NCBI RefSeq assembly: GCF_004010195.1
Contig: NC_057720.1
Coordinates: 2,680,669-2,744,668 of the forward strand
Length of the DNA stretch: 64,000 bases
DNA from: Chiloscyllium plagiosum
Lineage: Eukaryota
Direction: 5' to 3'
The stretch's first letter is position 1. Every line of letters starts with the position of its first letter. The position numbers were made by a program, and so were the translations under genes. The notes beneath the pieces are model-generated. The model was not told where the DNA came from, did no database searches, and was given only the letters and a program-made list of their open reading frames with translations. Of this stretch, positions 61,677 to 64,000 are shown in pieces.

Positions 61677-62643
61677 NNNNNNNNNNNNNNNNNNNNNNNN
61701 NNNNNNNNNNNNNNNNNNNNNNNNNNNNNNNNNNNNNNNNNNNNNNNNNNNNNNNNNNNNNNNNNNNNNNNNNNNNNNNNNNNNNNNNNNNNNNNNNNNN
61801 NNNNNNNNNNNNNNNNNNNNNNNNNNNNNNNNNNNNNNNNNNNNNNNNNNNNNNNNNNNNNNNNNNNNNNNNNNNNNNNNNNNNNNNNNNNNNNNNNNNN
61901 NNNNNNNNNNNNNNNNNNNNNNNNNNNNNNNNNNNNNNNNNNNNNNNNNNNNNNNNNNNNNNNNNNNNNNNNNNNNNNNNNNNNNNNNNNNNNNNNNNNN
62001 NNNNNNNNNNNNNNNNNNNNNNNNNNNNNNNNNNNNNNNNNNNNNNNNNNNNNNNNNNNNNNNNNNNNNNNNNNNNNNNNNNNNNNNNNNNNNNNNNNNN
62101 NNNNNNNNNNNNNNNNNNNNNNNNNNNNNNNNNNNNNNNNNNNNNNNNNNNNNNNNNNNNNNNNNNNNNNNNNNNNNNNNNNNNNNNNNNNNNNNNNNNN
62201 NNNNNNNNNNNNNNNNNNNNNNNNNNNNNNNNNNNNNNNNNNNNNNNNNNNNNNNNNNNNNNNNNNNNNNNNNNNNNNNNNNNNNNNNNNNNNNNNNNNN
62301 NNNNNNNNNNNNNNNNNNNNNNNNNNNNNNNNNNNNNNNNNNNNNNNNNNNNNNNNNNNNNNNNNNNNNNNNNNNNNNNNNNNNNNNNNNNNNNNNNNNN
62401 NNNNNNNNNNNNNNNNNNNNNNNNNNNNNNNNNNNNNNNNNNNNNNNNNNNNNNNNNNNNNNNNNNNNNNNNNNNNNNNNNNNNNNNNNNNNNNNNNNNN
62501 NNNNNNNNNNNNNNNNNNNNNNNNNNNNNNNNNNNNNNNNNNNNNNNNNNNNNNNNNNNNNNNNNNNNNNNNNNNNNNNNNNNNNNNNNNNNNNNNNNNN
62601 NNNNNNNNNNNNNNNNNNNNNNNNNNNNNNNNNNNNNNNNNNN
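61677..62643. other. Assembly gap (N)
   Basis: N run. Confidence 1.
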
Positions 62644-62885
62644 CTCCGGCCTATCACCCTCACCTTGACCTCCCTCCACCTATCGCATTTCCAAAGCCCC
62701 TCCCCCAAGTCCCTCCTCCCTACCTTTTATCTTAGCCTGCTGGACACACTTTCCTCATTCCTGAAGAAGGGCTTATGCCCGAAACATCGATTCTCCTGTT
62801 CCTTGGATGCTGCCTGACCTGCTGCACTTTTCCAGCAACACATTTTCAGCTCTGATCTCCAGCATCTGCAGTCCTCACTTTCTCT
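62644..62885 (+). mobile_element. Penelope 3' fragment with hammerhead-like core at 62761-62788
   Basis: CTGAAGA-aGGGC-ttat-GCCC-GAAAC-ATC and family tail. Confidence 0.8.
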
Positions 62886-64000
62886 CTTGTAAGGCAAGAC
62901 CTACAAGTCAATATTCTTAAAACTAGAGGCAGATTGTAAAGTAAGCCATATTGCACAATTGTTCCACAACAGCCCATTGAGACTGTCCCAGCTTCCTGGT
63001 GGGAGCAATTGACCCAGTGCCACTCCCTCACATTCTCCCTGTAACCCTGCACATTTTGCCTTTTCAGACAGTAATCCAGTTCTCATGAAAGCTTTGATTA
63101 ATTCTGCCTCCACCATACCACACTAATAACTCACTACTTATTAATCTTGAATTTGTGGAATGCTCTGACTTAGATTTCCAGCATCTGGAGCATTTTTTAA
63201 GATAGTGAGAAATTTACCCCTTTAATCACGAAGCAATGGGAGTAGTTTTCGGGTAAGGAGTAGGAGGTGTTTTGAGAAGAAACATTTTCAGTCCGAGGGT
63301 GGTGACTATCTGGAACTGATTGTCTGAAAAGGTAGTTACTGCAGGAATTCTCACAACATTTAAGGAATATCCAATTGACCATTTGAAATGCTCTCAGCCA
63401 AATAATGGGAAATTGGATTAGAATGGGATGTCTGCTGATCAGTAGGGGCATGATGGGCTGAACAGGCTGTGAAAGCTCTAGGCTGTATAATTAAACAAGT
63501 TATAACTTTTCCCACATGTTACTCCATCTGATAAATTTCTGCCCACTCACCTCACCTATCCTTGTCCCTTTACAGACTCTGTATGCCTTCTTCATGATGT
63601 ACGTTCTTTGTATCATCAGCAGATGTAGCTTCCACACATTCAGCCCCTTCATTCAAGTGATTGATATGAATTGGAAATAGCTGAGGTCCCAGCACTGATT
63701 CCCGTGGCACACCATTCGTTACTTCCTGCCAACTTAAAAACTACCCATTGTCCACTTCCTGTTAGCCAACCAATCCTCAATCGGTGCTAATCTGTTCCCC
63801 CCTACAGCATGAAAAGAGCTTGTCTTTGGAATAGTTACCATTAAGGTTTACAGGATGCTGAAGGGGGAGGTGCGAGGGAGGAGCAGAGGACTGCTGGGAA
63901 GGTGATAAATATCTGGGAAGCTGCCAATGCCTCTGGCCTGCTCCCACACAGTGTACCCACTATTCACTCTCCCACTTTGACTTTGTTACTGAGAGACGGA

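Noticed and set aside
54202..64000. Further collagen exons
   Set aside because: No Gly-X-Y exon with AG/GT ends found; the gap at 61677-62643 is flanked by repeats and cannot be assessed

Overview
Eukaryotic DNA from a cartilaginous fish, almost certainly a shark, judged from HE1/V-SINEs, Deu-domain SINEs, HER1/CR1-type LINEs and Penelope-like fragments. The window lies inside one large + strand gene. Seven tiny phase-0 Gly-X-Y exons (54, 54, 54, 54, 45, 54, 45 bp; 6461-54201) splice into 120 aa that follow, exon for exon, the start of the collagenous region of clade C fibrillar collagen alpha-1(XXIV), col24a1 (compared with the human sequence from memory). The rest is repeat-dense intron. 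It holds many CR1 fragments, several SINE families and a decayed full-length Gmr1-type Gypsy LTR retrotransposon with integrase upstream of RT (32988-40102) in a four-layer nest. There are also several Penelope-like families with minimal hammerhead-ribozyme motifs, minisatellites born from a SINE and from a LINE, and a triple poly(A)-tailed insertion with a target motif repeated four times (46443-47407). There are three assembly gaps. No prokaryotic features or CRISPR array are present. I found no clearly new protein system; the best leads are RNA- and transposon-level structures.
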